The notes under the pieces were generated by a model. The model saw only the letters and a program-made list of their open reading frames with translations, was not told the origin of the DNA and searched no databases. A stretch of 64,000 nucleotides of DNA from an uncultured Eubacteriales bacterium (GTDB lineage: Bacteria > Bacillota > Clostridia > Peptostreptococcales > Anaerovoracaceae): positions 22,732 through 86,731 of the forward strand of contig URGK01000002.1 in assembly GCA_900547295.1 (NCBI GenBank), read 5' to 3'. This document shows, in pieces, positions 37,664 to 46,678 of this stretch. Position 1 is the first letter of the stretch. Each line of letters begins with the position of its first letter. A program made the translations under genes and the position numbers.

Positions 37664-39112
37664 ATGACAATCTACAATCCAAAATCACTTAAAGCTGATG
37701 AATTCATCAATCACGAGGAGATACTCGAAACTCTCAAATATGCAGAGGAAAACAAAAACAATATAGAGCTTATCGACAGTATTCTCGAAAAGGCAAGACC
37801 GAGAAAAACAGCGGACGGAACAGTCTGTCAGGGTCTTACCCACAGAGAGGCTTCCGTACTTCTTGCCTGTGATATTCCTGAAAAAATCGAAGAAATGTAC
37901 AGGCTGGCAGAGGAAATCAAGCTTGCCTTTTACGGCAATCGTATTGTAATGTTTGCGCCTCTTTATCTTTCAAACTACTGCGTAAACGGCTGCGTATACT
38001 GCCCTTACCATATGAAAAACAAGCATATCAGGAGAATAAAGCTGACACAGGAGGAAATACGCGAAGAGGTAATCGCGCTTCAGGATATGGGCCACAAGCG
38101 CCTTGCAATCGAAGCGGGAGAAGACCCTGTAAACAATCCTATCGAATATATACTTGAATGTATCGATACAATATACAGTATCAAACACAAAAACGGCGCC
38201 ATCCGCCGCGTAAATGTAAACATCGCCGCAACCACTGTGGAAAACTACCGCAAATTAAGCGATGCCGGCATAGGCACATATATACTGTTTCAGGAAACCT
38301 ACCACAAGGAAAGCTATCTGAAGCTCCACCCTACAGGACCTAAGCACGACTATGACTATCATACGGAGGCCATGGACAGAGCAATGGAGGGTGGCATCGA
38401 CGATGTGGGTCTCGGCGTTTTATTCGGCCTTGAGATGTACAAATATGAATTTGCAGGTCTGCTGATGCACGCAGAGCATCTTGAAGCCGTACACGGAGTA
38501 GGACCTCACACCATCAGTGTACCGCGTATCAAGCGCGCCGACGATATAGACCCGAGCGCATTTGACAACAGCATAAGCGATGAGCTTTTTGAAAAGATAA
38601 TCGCCTGCATCAGAATAGCCGTACCGTACACCGGAATGATAATTTCCACAAGAGAGGGGGAAAAGGTACGTGAAAAGGCTCTTTCCATCGGAATATCCCA
38701 GATAAGCGGCGGCTCCCGCACATCTGTTGGCGGATACACAGAAGAAGAAAGACCTCACGATTCGGAGCAGTTTGACGTATCCGACCAGAGAACTCTCGAT
38801 GAGGTTGTAAACTGGCTTATGGAGCTTGGATATATTCCGTCATTCTGCACTGCATGTTACCGCGAGGGCAGAACAGGCGACAGATTTATGTCACTTTGCA
38901 AAAACGGACAGATTTTAAACTGCTGTCACCCTAACGCACTTATGACACTTACAGAATATCTCACCGACTATGCAAGTGATGATACTAAGAAAACAGGCTT
39001 TGCCCTTATTGAAAAGGAGCTTGAAAAAATACCTGCTCCAAAGGTAAAGGCTATCGCAAGGGAAAACGTCGATGCCATCAAGGCTTCCAACAGACGTGAT
39101 TTCCGTTTCTAG
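37664..39112 (+). CDS. hydG: [FeFe]-hydrogenase maturase HydG (radical SAM tyrosine lyase)
   Basis: CVNGCVYCPY radical-SAM motif plus C-terminal CTACYREGRTGDRFMSLC auxiliary cluster; 482 aa. Confidence 0.9.
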   Translation: MTIYNPKSLKADEFINHEEILETLKYAEENKNNIELIDSILEKARPRKTADGTVCQGLTHREASVLLACDIPEKIEEMYRLAEEIKLAFYGNRIVMFAPLYLSNYCVNGCVYCPYHMKNKHIRRIKLTQEEIREEVIALQDMGHKRLAIEAGEDPVNNPIEYILECIDTIYSIKHKNGAIRRVNVNIAATTVENYRKLSDAGIGTYILFQETYHKESYLKLHPTGPKHDYDYHTEAMDRAMEGGIDDVGLGVLFGLEMYKYEFAGLLMHAEHLEAVHGVGPHTISVPRIKRADDIDPSAFDNSISDELFEKIIACIRIAVPYTGMIISTREGEKVREKALSIGISQISGGSRTSVGGYTEEERPHDSEQFDVSDQRTLDEVVNWLMELGYIPSFCTACYREGRTGDRFMSLCKNGQILNCCHPNALMTLTEYLTDYASDDTKKTGFALIEKELEKIPAPKVKAIARENVDAIKASNRRDFRF

Positions 39113-39125
39113 CAGGGAGAATATT

Positions 39126-40328
39126 ATGAGTCTTAATGAACAGGTATCCGCAGAAAGACTGCATATAGGGTTTTTCGGAATGAGAAACGCAGGCAAGTCA
39201 AGTCTTGTCAACGCCGTTACGGGCCAGGACTTGTGCGTGGTTTCAGAAACAAAAGGAACTACAACAGACCCTGTCAGAAAAGCAATGGAGCTTCTGCCTC
39301 TCGGACCGGTTGTAATCATCGACACTCCCGGCCTTGATGATGAGGGAGATTTGGGGAAATTAAGAGTCGAAAAGGCGCTGTCCGTACTCAACAAAACGGA
39401 TATAGCGGTTCTCGTTACCGATGCCTCAAAAGAGCTTATGCCTTTGGAGCTTGACCTTATCCAAAGCTTTAAGGAGAGGAATATAGACTATATAATCGCA
39501 TATAACAAGTCGGATCTGCTTGGCAGTATCCCTGCGGCAGGCGGAAACTCAATATATGTAAGTGCCATTGAAAACAAGAATATATATGAACTCAAGGAGC
39601 TCATCGCATCTTTTGCAAAGGTGCAGAAAACAGATAAAAGAGTAATAGCGGATCTGATAAATCCGGAAGATATTATTGTACTTGTCGTACCTGTAGACAG
39701 CGCCGCTCCAAAGGGCAGACTGATACTGCCGCAGCAGCAGACCATAAGAGATATCCTCGATACGGGAGCTGTCTGTATGGTTACAAGGGAAACAGAGCTT
39801 GAAAAAACACTTGCCTCGCTTTCCCGGAAACCGAAGCTGGTGGTTACGGATTCCCAGGTGTTCGGATTCGTTAACAAAGCGGTTCCAAAAGATATAATGC
39901 TTACATCGTTTTCAATACTGTTTGCAGATTACAAGGGTGATCTAAGGCAGGCTGTAAAAGGCGCAGCCATGCTCGACAGACTGAAAGACGGAAATACTGT
40001 CCTTATCTCAGAAGGCTGCACCCATCACAGGCAGTGCGAGGATATAGGGACTGTCAAAATGCCTGCGTGGATTGAAAAGCATACAGGCAAAAAACTGAAT
40101 TTTGCTTTCACCTCAGGCGGTGATTTCCCATCGGATATGTCACAGTATGCTCTGATCGTTCACTGCGGCGGCTGCATGCTTAACGAAAAGGAAATGAAAT
40201 ACCGCATAGGCTGCTGCAAAGAAAGCGGCATACCCATTACAAACTACGGTATTGCCATCGCTCATATGCACGGTATTCTGAAACGGTCACTGGAGCCGTT
40301 TCCGGATATACTTGACGAGCTGAAATAA
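39126..40328 (+). CDS. hydF: [FeFe]-hydrogenase maturation GTPase HydF
   Basis: P-loop GMRNAGKSSLVN, DTPG, NKSD; C-terminal CTHHRQCE...HCGGC cluster site. ATG 39126 with AGGGAG RBS; listed start 39072 overlaps hydG. Confidence 0.85.
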   Translation: MSLNEQVSAERLHIGFFGMRNAGKSSLVNAVTGQDLCVVSETKGTTTDPVRKAMELLPLGPVVIIDTPGLDDEGDLGKLRVEKALSVLNKTDIAVLVTDASKELMPLELDLIQSFKERNIDYIIAYNKSDLLGSIPAAGGNSIYVSAIENKNIYELKELIASFAKVQKTDKRVIADLINPEDIIVLVVPVDSAAPKGRLILPQQQTIRDILDTGAVCMVTRETELEKTLASLSRKPKLVVTDSQVFGFVNKAVPKDIMLTSFSILFADYKGDLRQAVKGAAMLDRLKDGNTVLISEGCTHHRQCEDIGTVKMPAWIEKHTGKKLNFAFTSGGDFPSDMSQYALIVHCGGCMLNEKEMKYRIGCCKESGIPITNYGIAIAHMHGILKRSLEPFPDILDELK

Positions 40329-40329
40329 C

Positions 40330-40375
40330 AAAAAGACCTTGTTCAGAGAACTTCCCTGAGCAAGGTTTATTAATT
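40330..40375 (+). terminator. Rho-independent terminator after hydF
   Basis: ACCUUGUUCAGagaacuuccCUGAGCAAGGU + UUAUUAAUU. Confidence 0.6.
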
Positions 40376-40598
40376 CCGAATTATTCACAGGTGCTGTTTC
40401 TGTATTTCGGAATAAAAACAATATGGCAAGTGCAATTCCGGCGTGTCTTTGTTATACCCTGGTTATCCGTATGGATACCTCCTATGCTTTGATATGTCTG
40501 CGAAACCAATATCATTACAGCATAGGAATTTTCATATTACAGGCAATACGGCTGCTATGCCTGCTCCCCCGTCTCGGATTGGGTATTGAAAGATTTTC

Positions 40599-41258
40599 TC
40601 ATTCAATACTGACTGCCACTCCGCTGATCCTTGCTTCAATAGCAAGCTCCGTACGACTGCCGCAGCCTGTTTTTTCGAGCATATTATGTATGTGGTTTTT
40701 TACTGTGCTTTCTGATATGTGCAGCTTGTGCGCTATATTCGAATTAGAAAAACCTTTTGTCATAACACGCAGCACCTCCAGCTCTCTTTCGGTAAACTCT
40801 GTACTGTAGGCAAGCCCCAGCTTAACTCTCGGTGTACTGTCGGGATATACATTCTCACCTGACATCGTTCTGTCCATAATTTCAAGAATAGTTTCTTTTG
40901 ATGTTTCCTTGTACCAAAAACTGTCTATGCCTATTTCTTTTGCTTTTTTGAGCCATGAGGCTTCAGGCATGGACGTAACTGCGATTATTCTGATACCGGG
41001 GCAGAGTTTTTTTACTTTCATGGCCGCCGCAAACCCGTTGGAGCCGTCGTTCATAAGAATATCCATTATAACGAGATCAATATGCTCGCTTGCCGCAAAT
41101 GTATCAGCATAGGCTGCGGATTCTACCATACATGCAATTTCATATTTCTCACTCGAATTAATATACATTTCAAACAGCTGTCTTGCTGTAAACTGATCCT
41201 CTACAATCATAACTCTGGTCTTTGACATCTGTAATTTCCTTTCTGTCATATCGTACAA
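40599..41258 (-). CDS. Response regulator, NarL/LuxR family
   Basis: Receiver domain (MIVEDQ...DLVIMDI) + LuxR HTH (LTERELEVLRVMTKGFSNSNIAHKLHISESTVKNH). Confidence 0.9.
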   Translation of the reverse strand: MYDMTERKLQMSKTRVMIVEDQFTARQLFEMYINSSEKYEIACMVESAAYADTFAASEHIDLVIMDILMNDGSNGFAAAMKVKKLCPGIRIIAVTSMPEASWLKKAKEIGIDSFWYKETSKETILEIMDRTMSGENVYPDSTPRVKLGLAYSTEFTERELEVLRVMTKGFSNSNIAHKLHISESTVKNHIHNMLEKTGCGSRTELAIEARISGVAVSIE

Positions 41259-41386
41259 TCATATCTTTTGTATGCCTTAATCAGTATTATACACATAATT
41301 CTATGATATTCCCCCACCCATATATGCCGAAAAGGTGGGGAAAAGTTAATATTTTTTGTTTTTTACGATATGAAAAAGCTCTGATA

Positions 41387-42679
41387 TCATTCAATCTCTG
41401 ATGTATGAATCTGATCAGGCAGATTTATGTTCAGGGCAAAACGCGGCGTGCTTTCTATTGTCATGCTTCCCCCTGCAGCTTCAACAATACGTCTTGTATT
41501 TTTGAGTCCTCCCGCTTCTTTTACTTCTCTTTCGGGTTGTCTGCCGTCATTTGTGATTCTTGCGGTTATTATATCCCCTTCGGTTTTTATTTCAAGAAAA
41601 ATTCTGTGACCTCCGGCATGTTTTACGGTATTGGTTAGACATTCCCGGAGAGCCGTCATTATGATATGCTTCTGGTGTTCTCCTGCCGGAAGCACTCCTG
41701 TATGCGCTATATCCACGTTAACCGCCGCTGCGTTTTTGAGAAGATTTGTCCATTCATCTTCCGGTTTTTCTGAGGCCGCTTCGTGCCTCATAACCGTAAC
41801 TATGTATTTCCACAATGCAAGCAGGCTGCTGCGGTTTCTTTCGTCAAAGGGCTGCTCCATATATGATCTGTACGTGAGCAGCGCTCTGCCCAGATCGTCA
41901 TGCACTTTGATTTTTGCTCTGAGAATTTCTTTTTCTCTTGTGAGAGCTTCAATCCTGCTGTTAAAGCTGCGGAGTCTTTCGTTGACTTCGCTTAATTTCC
42001 GGTTGCGCTGCGACAGCTCACGATTGAGCCTGGCCTGCTCTGTCACATTATATGCAATAATCTCTGTTATTTCCGAATTTCCATTCATCACAGTATTATA
42101 TCTGAAATCCCATACCTGTCCGTCTGCTTCTTTTACGGTTACTGCAGGCTGTGTGCGAAGGCGTCTGGCATTTCTCTCAAGTTCGGCATTTCTGATGTTT
42201 TCCATGAATATCTCCGCATTCATAATCTCACTGCCCAGCAGTCTGCCGCAGAGCATATTCATCTGCGTGTTCACCAGCAGAGGACAGCCGTCTTTGTCAG
42301 AAAAACAGATCCCGTCCGGAAGTATATCCATACCTTCTCTGATGGCATCTTCCGTAATCATTGTTTTCCCTGTCCGGATTATATGTATATGAAGCATAAC
42401 CGCAACAGTGGTAAAAAAAACAAATACCGCAGCCAGCTCAGCGGCGGGCAGCTCCGATATGATTGCGGTGGTATGGCGGCTGCATTCGCCTGAAAACCTG
42501 TGTATATATAATTCTCCGATTTCATAAAGCACCGCTGCACACAGTATTGCACAGAGTAATGCGACTGCTTTGTATCTGGATTTCATATGTGTATTCAGAG
42601 TGCTGATAAATACGAACACCGCAAATGTCATAAGTATAATCCCGTACACTCCCGACATTGCAACAGCCGCCTCGCTCAA
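41387..42679 (-). CDS. Sensor histidine kinase (HisKA_3/NarX-type) with N-terminal TM + PAS-like region
   Basis: H-box KVHDDLGRALL, HATPase region ...GGHRIFLE...GGSMTIEST. Confidence 0.85.
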   Translation of the reverse strand: MSEAAVAMSGVYGIILMTFAVFVFISTLNTHMKSRYKAVALLCAILCAAVLYEIGELYIHRFSGECSRHTTAIISELPAAELAAVFVFFTTVAVMLHIHIIRTGKTMITEDAIREGMDILPDGICFSDKDGCPLLVNTQMNMLCGRLLGSEIMNAEIFMENIRNAELERNARRLRTQPAVTVKEADGQVWDFRYNTVMNGNSEITEIIAYNVTEQARLNRELSQRNRKLSEVNERLRSFNSRIEALTREKEILRAKIKVHDDLGRALLTYRSYMEQPFDERNRSSLLALWKYIVTVMRHEAASEKPEDEWTNLLKNAAAVNVDIAHTGVLPAGEHQKHIIMTALRECLTNTVKHAGGHRIFLEIKTEGDIITARITNDGRQPEREVKEAGGLKNTRRIVEAAGGSMTIESTPRFALNINLPDQIHTSEIE

Positions 42680-42808
42680 TTCATTTAAATCTGTTTATTA
42701 TTTCATATACTCCAATATATCACCATATCGGCAGTCAGGCTCTCTGCATATGCAATTTGCCCTGCCCGGTAATAATCCCGGCAGGGTCTGTTCAGTATAT
42801 ATTCAACC

Positions 42809-42958
42809 TTATTTCAGCTTTTTACATCTGCTGCATCTTTCATAACTGCCGCATCCGCCGCAGCTTCCGCAGCTGTTTCTGTTTTTTATCATATGTATAA
42901 CCGCAGCCGCCAGTGCTGCCGCTATAAGTATCAGGACTATCACAGTAGGTACATTCAT
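42809..42958 (-). CDS. FeoB-associated Cys-rich membrane protein (49 aa), absent from the supplied ORF track
   Basis: Frame 24 nt downstream of feoB stop: MNVPTVIVLILIAAALAAAVIHMIKNRNSCGSCGGCGSYERCSRCKKLK = single TM helix + CxxCxxC-rich tail, the known architecture of FeoB-associated Cys-rich proteins. Confidence 0.55.
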   Translation of the reverse strand: MNVPTVIVLILIAAALAAAVIHMIKNRNSCGSCGGCGSYERCSRCKKLK

Positions 42959-42982
42959 AAACCGCTTCACCGTCCTTGTCCG

Positions 42983-45307
42983 CTACAGCAATCCGCCGAT
43001 AAAGTACACTATCCATGCGCATATCCATGCAATCACACACTGGCAGATAACCACACCGACAGCCCACCTGCCGCCAAGTTCTCTTTTGATTGAGGTTATG
43101 GCTGCAACACATGGAGTATAAAGGAGGCAGAACACCAGAAGCGCCGCTGCCGCAAGCGGTGTGATTATCGAGGCTATATTTATCCCGTCAGTAAGCACCG
43201 TCAGTGTTGCAACTACGCTTTCCTTTGCCATAAATCCTGTAATAAGCGCTGTCGATATTCTCCAGTCGCCAAAGCCAAGGGGCGCAAATACCGGAGCTAT
43301 AAAGCCGGCAAGCATCGCCAGCAGGCTGTCCTGGGAATCGGTAACAACATTAAGCCGGCTGTCAAAGGTCTGCAGGCACCATATTACAATGGTTGCCACA
43401 AATATTACCGTAAACGCTCTCTGCAGGAAATCCTTTGCCTTTTCCCAAAGCAGCTGCCCTACATTCTTAGCTCCCGGAAAGCGATAGTTCGGAAGCTCCA
43501 TAACAAAAGGAACAGGCTCGCCCTTAAACATAATTCCACGTGTAAGAAGTGCAAACAGTATTCCCACTGCAATGCCTGTGAAATACAGTATAATCATCAC
43601 CAGCGCGCTTTTATCCGGGAAAAACGCTGCCGAGAAAAATCCGTATATAGGCAGCTTAGCCGAGCAGCTCATAAACGGCGTCAGAAGTATGGTCATTTTA
43701 CGGTCCCTTTCGGACGGCAGTGTCCTGCTTGCCATAACTCCGGGAACAGTACAGCCAAAGCCTATCAGCATAGGAACTATACTTCTTCCGGACAGACCTA
43801 TTTTTCTGAGCAGCTTGTCCATTACAAAGGCCACCCTTGCCATATATCCGCTGTCCTCTAATATGGACAGGAAAAAAAACAGCGTAACTATTATAGGGAG
43901 AAATGCGAGTACGCTTCCCACTCCCTTGAAAATTCCGTCTATAACCAGCGAATGAACCACCGGATTTATCCGATAGACTTCAAGACCGTGATCCACAAGC
44001 TCTGTCACCAAGCCAAGTCCGCTGTCAAGCAAATCTGAAAGAAACGAGCCGATAACTCCGAAGGTAAGCCAGAATACAAGCCCCATTATACATACGAATG
44101 CAGGGATTGCCGTATATCTGCCCGTAAGCACCCTGTCTATTTTCACGCTGCGGGCGTGTTCCCTGCTTTCTTTCGGTTTTATTACCGTAGCCTCGCACAC
44201 CCTGTGTATAAACGACACTCTCATATCTGCAACAGCTGCAGCCTGGTCAAGTCCGCGTTCTTCTTCCATCTGTCGTATGATATGGCCCAGCATGCCCTTT
44301 TCGTTGTCATCAAGCTTAAGCTGCTCCAGTATCATACTGTCGCCTTCCGCAAGCTTGCTGGCTGCAAATCTGAGAGGGATCTGTGCCGCTTTTGCGTGGT
44401 CCTCAATCAGATGCATTATACCGTGCAGGCATCTGTGTACAGCACCTCTGTGCTCCTCAGGGCTGCAGAAATCCGTACGCCCCGGTTTTTCCTGATACTT
44501 TGCCACATGTATAGCGTGATCCACAAGCTCGCTTATTCCCTCATTTCTGGCTGCGGATATAGGTACTACCGGAATACCCAGAGTCTGTTCCATCTCGTTG
44601 ACAAGAACAGCTCCTCCGTTTTCTCTGACCTCGTCCATCATATTAAGGGCAAGCACCATGGGTATATCCAGCTCCATAAGCTGCATTGTCAGATAAAGGT
44701 TTCTCTCTATATTTGAGGCATCTACAATATTTATAATGCCCTTAGGCTTATCTTCCATCAGAAACTGTCTTGTTACGATCTCCTCGCTGGTATACGGTGA
44801 CATAGAATATATGCCCGGAAGATCCGTAACAAGTGTGTTGCCGTGTCCTTTGATTACTCCGTCTTTTCTGTCTACTGTGACTCCCGGGAAATTGCCTACA
44901 TGCTGATTTGAGCCTGTAAGCTGGTTAAACAGCGTAGTCTTGCCGCAGTTCTGGTTTCCAACCAGCGCAAAGGTTATTGTCTCACCCTCCGGCAAAGGCA
45001 GGCCGTCGGTTTTAACGTGGTATATACCGCCCTCTCCAAGTCCCGGATGCTCTGCCTCTGATTTTTTGCTGCGCAGCTTCTCTTCACCGGCTGCATCGCT
45101 GTCAGAATATGATATATCCTCAATTTCTATTTTTTCCGCATCGGCAACTCTGAGCGTAAGCTCATATCCGTGTATTCTGAATTCCATGGGGTCTCCCATA
45201 GGGGCAAGCTTCATAAGCTTTATCTCTGCTCCCGGCACAACACCCATATCCAAAAAATGCTGTCTGAGGGCTCCCTGGCCTCCTATTTCAAGATCTTTTA
45301 ATAACAT
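42983..45307 (-). CDS. feoB: Ferrous iron transporter FeoA-FeoB fusion
   Basis: N-terminal FeoA (SH3-like) domain, G-domain GNQNCGKTTLFNQLTG, DLPG, polytopic gate-domain C-terminus; 774 aa. Confidence 0.9.
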   Translation of the reverse strand: MLLKDLEIGGQGALRQHFLDMGVVPGAEIKLMKLAPMGDPMEFRIHGYELTLRVADAEKIEIEDISYSDSDAAGEEKLRSKKSEAEHPGLGEGGIYHVKTDGLPLPEGETITFALVGNQNCGKTTLFNQLTGSNQHVGNFPGVTVDRKDGVIKGHGNTLVTDLPGIYSMSPYTSEEIVTRQFLMEDKPKGIINIVDASNIERNLYLTMQLMELDIPMVLALNMMDEVRENGGAVLVNEMEQTLGIPVVPISAARNEGISELVDHAIHVAKYQEKPGRTDFCSPEEHRGAVHRCLHGIMHLIEDHAKAAQIPLRFAASKLAEGDSMILEQLKLDDNEKGMLGHIIRQMEEERGLDQAAAVADMRVSFIHRVCEATVIKPKESREHARSVKIDRVLTGRYTAIPAFVCIMGLVFWLTFGVIGSFLSDLLDSGLGLVTELVDHGLEVYRINPVVHSLVIDGIFKGVGSVLAFLPIIVTLFFFLSILEDSGYMARVAFVMDKLLRKIGLSGRSIVPMLIGFGCTVPGVMASRTLPSERDRKMTILLTPFMSCSAKLPIYGFFSAAFFPDKSALVMIILYFTGIAVGILFALLTRGIMFKGEPVPFVMELPNYRFPGAKNVGQLLWEKAKDFLQRAFTVIFVATIVIWCLQTFDSRLNVVTDSQDSLLAMLAGFIAPVFAPLGFGDWRISTALITGFMAKESVVATLTVLTDGINIASIITPLAAAALLVFCLLYTPCVAAITSIKRELGGRWAVGVVICQCVIAWICAWIVYFIGGLL

Positions 45308-45330
45308 ATATTTCTCCTGCAGGTTTCAAA

Positions 45331-45858
45331 TTATTCTTGTGTAAATTCCCCGTACCATTCAATAACTGGTCTGAGCTTCATTCTGTCTGTAAAGTCCGCA
45401 CCTTTATCAAGTATTTTAATAAGCTCCTTTGCCTTTTTTCTCTCGGCTTCATCGGTTCCTGTTTCGGCGGTCTTTTTTAATACGTTTCCGAACACCATAA
45501 GCATTTTTTTCTGAACGCCCGTAAGCTTTGAAAAATCCATACCGCCTCGCAGATAAAAAACCGGCATATCGTCAGCTATGCTGTTTTTGGCTCTGATGTC
45601 CTTCATGATACTATCTGCATTTTCGGAAATTCCGCAGGGACATACAGCTCTGATATTGTATCTTCTGGCTGCTTTTTTGAGTCCCTCTATTTTGTTTGCG
45701 CTTATCCAGCCCATATATATGACGTCATCGCTTTTTGAAAGTGATTTTTTGTCCTCTCCAAGTCCCGCGTTATATGCTGGAAGTGACAGCTTCTCTGACA
45801 GCATCTGCGCATATTTTCTCGTAAAGCCCGTATTTGATGTATATATTATCGCTTTCAT
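45331..45858 (-). CDS. Flavodoxin-like protein
   Basis: MKAIIYTSNTGFTRKYAQ N-terminus typical of flavodoxin FMN-binding loop; 175 aa. Confidence 0.65.
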   Translation of the reverse strand: MKAIIYTSNTGFTRKYAQMLSEKLSLPAYNAGLGEDKKSLSKSDDVIYMGWISANKIEGLKKAARRYNIRAVCPCGISENADSIMKDIRAKNSIADDMPVFYLRGGMDFSKLTGVQKKMLMVFGNVLKKTAETGTDEAERKKAKELIKILDKGADFTDRMKLRPVIEWYGEFTQE

Positions 45859-45859
45859 T

Positions 45860-46078
45860 TTAATCCTCTCCTTCGTCAGGTATATATTCTAATATATCTC
45901 CGGGCTGGCAGTCAAGTGCTCTGCATATACCGTTGAGAGTTGTAAATCTGATGGCGCTTATTTTGCCTGTCTTGATATTGGAAAGGTTGACATTTGAAAT
46001 GCCCACCTCCTCTGCCAGACTGTTTAATGACATCTTGCGGTCTGCCATCATACGGTCAAGTCTTAATACTATAGCCAT
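45860..46078 (-). CDS. XRE-family helix-turn-helix transcriptional regulator (YozG-like, 72 aa)
   Basis: LDRMMADRKMSLNSLAEEVGISNVNLSNIKTGK HTH; the small Cro/C1 regulator that pairs with DUF2975 genes. Confidence 0.8.
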   Translation of the reverse strand: MAIVLRLDRMMADRKMSLNSLAEEVGISNVNLSNIKTGKISAIRFTTLNGICRALDCQPGDILEYIPDEGED

Positions 46079-46517
46079 AGCCGCCTCCTACAGTGTTTCG
46101 TCTGCCTCCTGCAGCCTGAACAGATGGGACAACCACTCCCGATACCAGTATAAGAATAGCGGTTTTTCTGATCCTTGCCGCGTGCTTTAATTCAAACGGT
46201 CTTAATTCCACGCTGATTTCTCTGAATATCCTGTATGCGAGGAATATCATAAACCATACAAATATCTGCTGTGTCATGGCTGTTATGTACTCTGCTGCAA
46301 TCTGGGAATCAGCCCTCTGACTGTCAAGCGGTGAATGAAATATAGGCTCTCCCAGTTTAAAAATCGTGTCGTTGGATCCTGGAGCTCCTATCCATATGAG
46401 AGCTATAATTTCCATACAGAATCCCACTATTATAGCGATGCTGCATATTTTAAGAACTACGCTTACAGCACTGCTGCTTTTGCTTATTTTAGTCTGAATA
46501 CTGTTTAATCCGTTCAT
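46056..46517 (-). CDS. DUF2975-like 4-TM membrane protein
   Basis: 153 aa, four predicted TM helices, immediately upstream of and overlapping the XRE HTH gene. Confidence 0.55.
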   Translation of the reverse strand: MNGLNSIQTKISKSSSAVSVVLKICSIAIIVGFCMEIIALIWIGAPGSNDTIFKLGEPIFHSPLDSQRADSQIAAEYITAMTQQIFVWFMIFLAYRIFREISVELRPFELKHAARIRKTAILILVSGVVVPSVQAAGGRRNTVGGGYGYSIKT

Positions 46518-46546
46518 TTGCCTGCCCCTTTATCTCTGATGGTTAC

Positions 46547-46575
46547 ATATTACATCGTCAATTTACCTTTGTAAA
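46547..46575 (-). promoter_or_regulatory. Candidate sigma-A promoter for DUF2975-HTH-flavodoxin-feo cluster (TTTACA-17-TAATAT)
   Basis: Minus strand TTTACAaaggtaaattgacgatgTAATAT. Confidence 0.4.
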
Positions 46576-46621
46576 CAATTTTTTAATGTTTTTCGATAAA
46601 TTTTTAGCCTTTTTCAAGTCA

Positions 46622-46660
46622 GACAATAAAAAACAGGCAACTCAATGTGAATCACCTGTT
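46622..46660 (-). terminator. Terminator after alanine/glycine symporter
   Basis: Minus RNA AACAGGUGAUUCACAUUGAGUUGCCUGUU + UUUUUAUUGU. Confidence 0.55.
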
Positions 46661-46678
46661 CTAAAAGCATGTATGATA

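Noticed and set aside
40423-40809. Plus-strand 128-aa ORF overlapping the response-regulator 3' end
   Set aside because: No RBS, hydrophobic junk translation, antisense to the LuxR HTH of the regulator.
42840-43112. Listed 90-aa ORF overlapping the 3' end of feoB
   Set aside because: Wrong frame. It overlaps feoB by 130 nt and lacks a TM helix. The biologically sensible small gene is in another frame (42809-42958).
46518-46678. Fur box upstream of the flavodoxin-feo cluster
   Set aside because: Only GATAAAT-like fragments are present. Nothing close to the GATAATGATAATCATTATC dyad.
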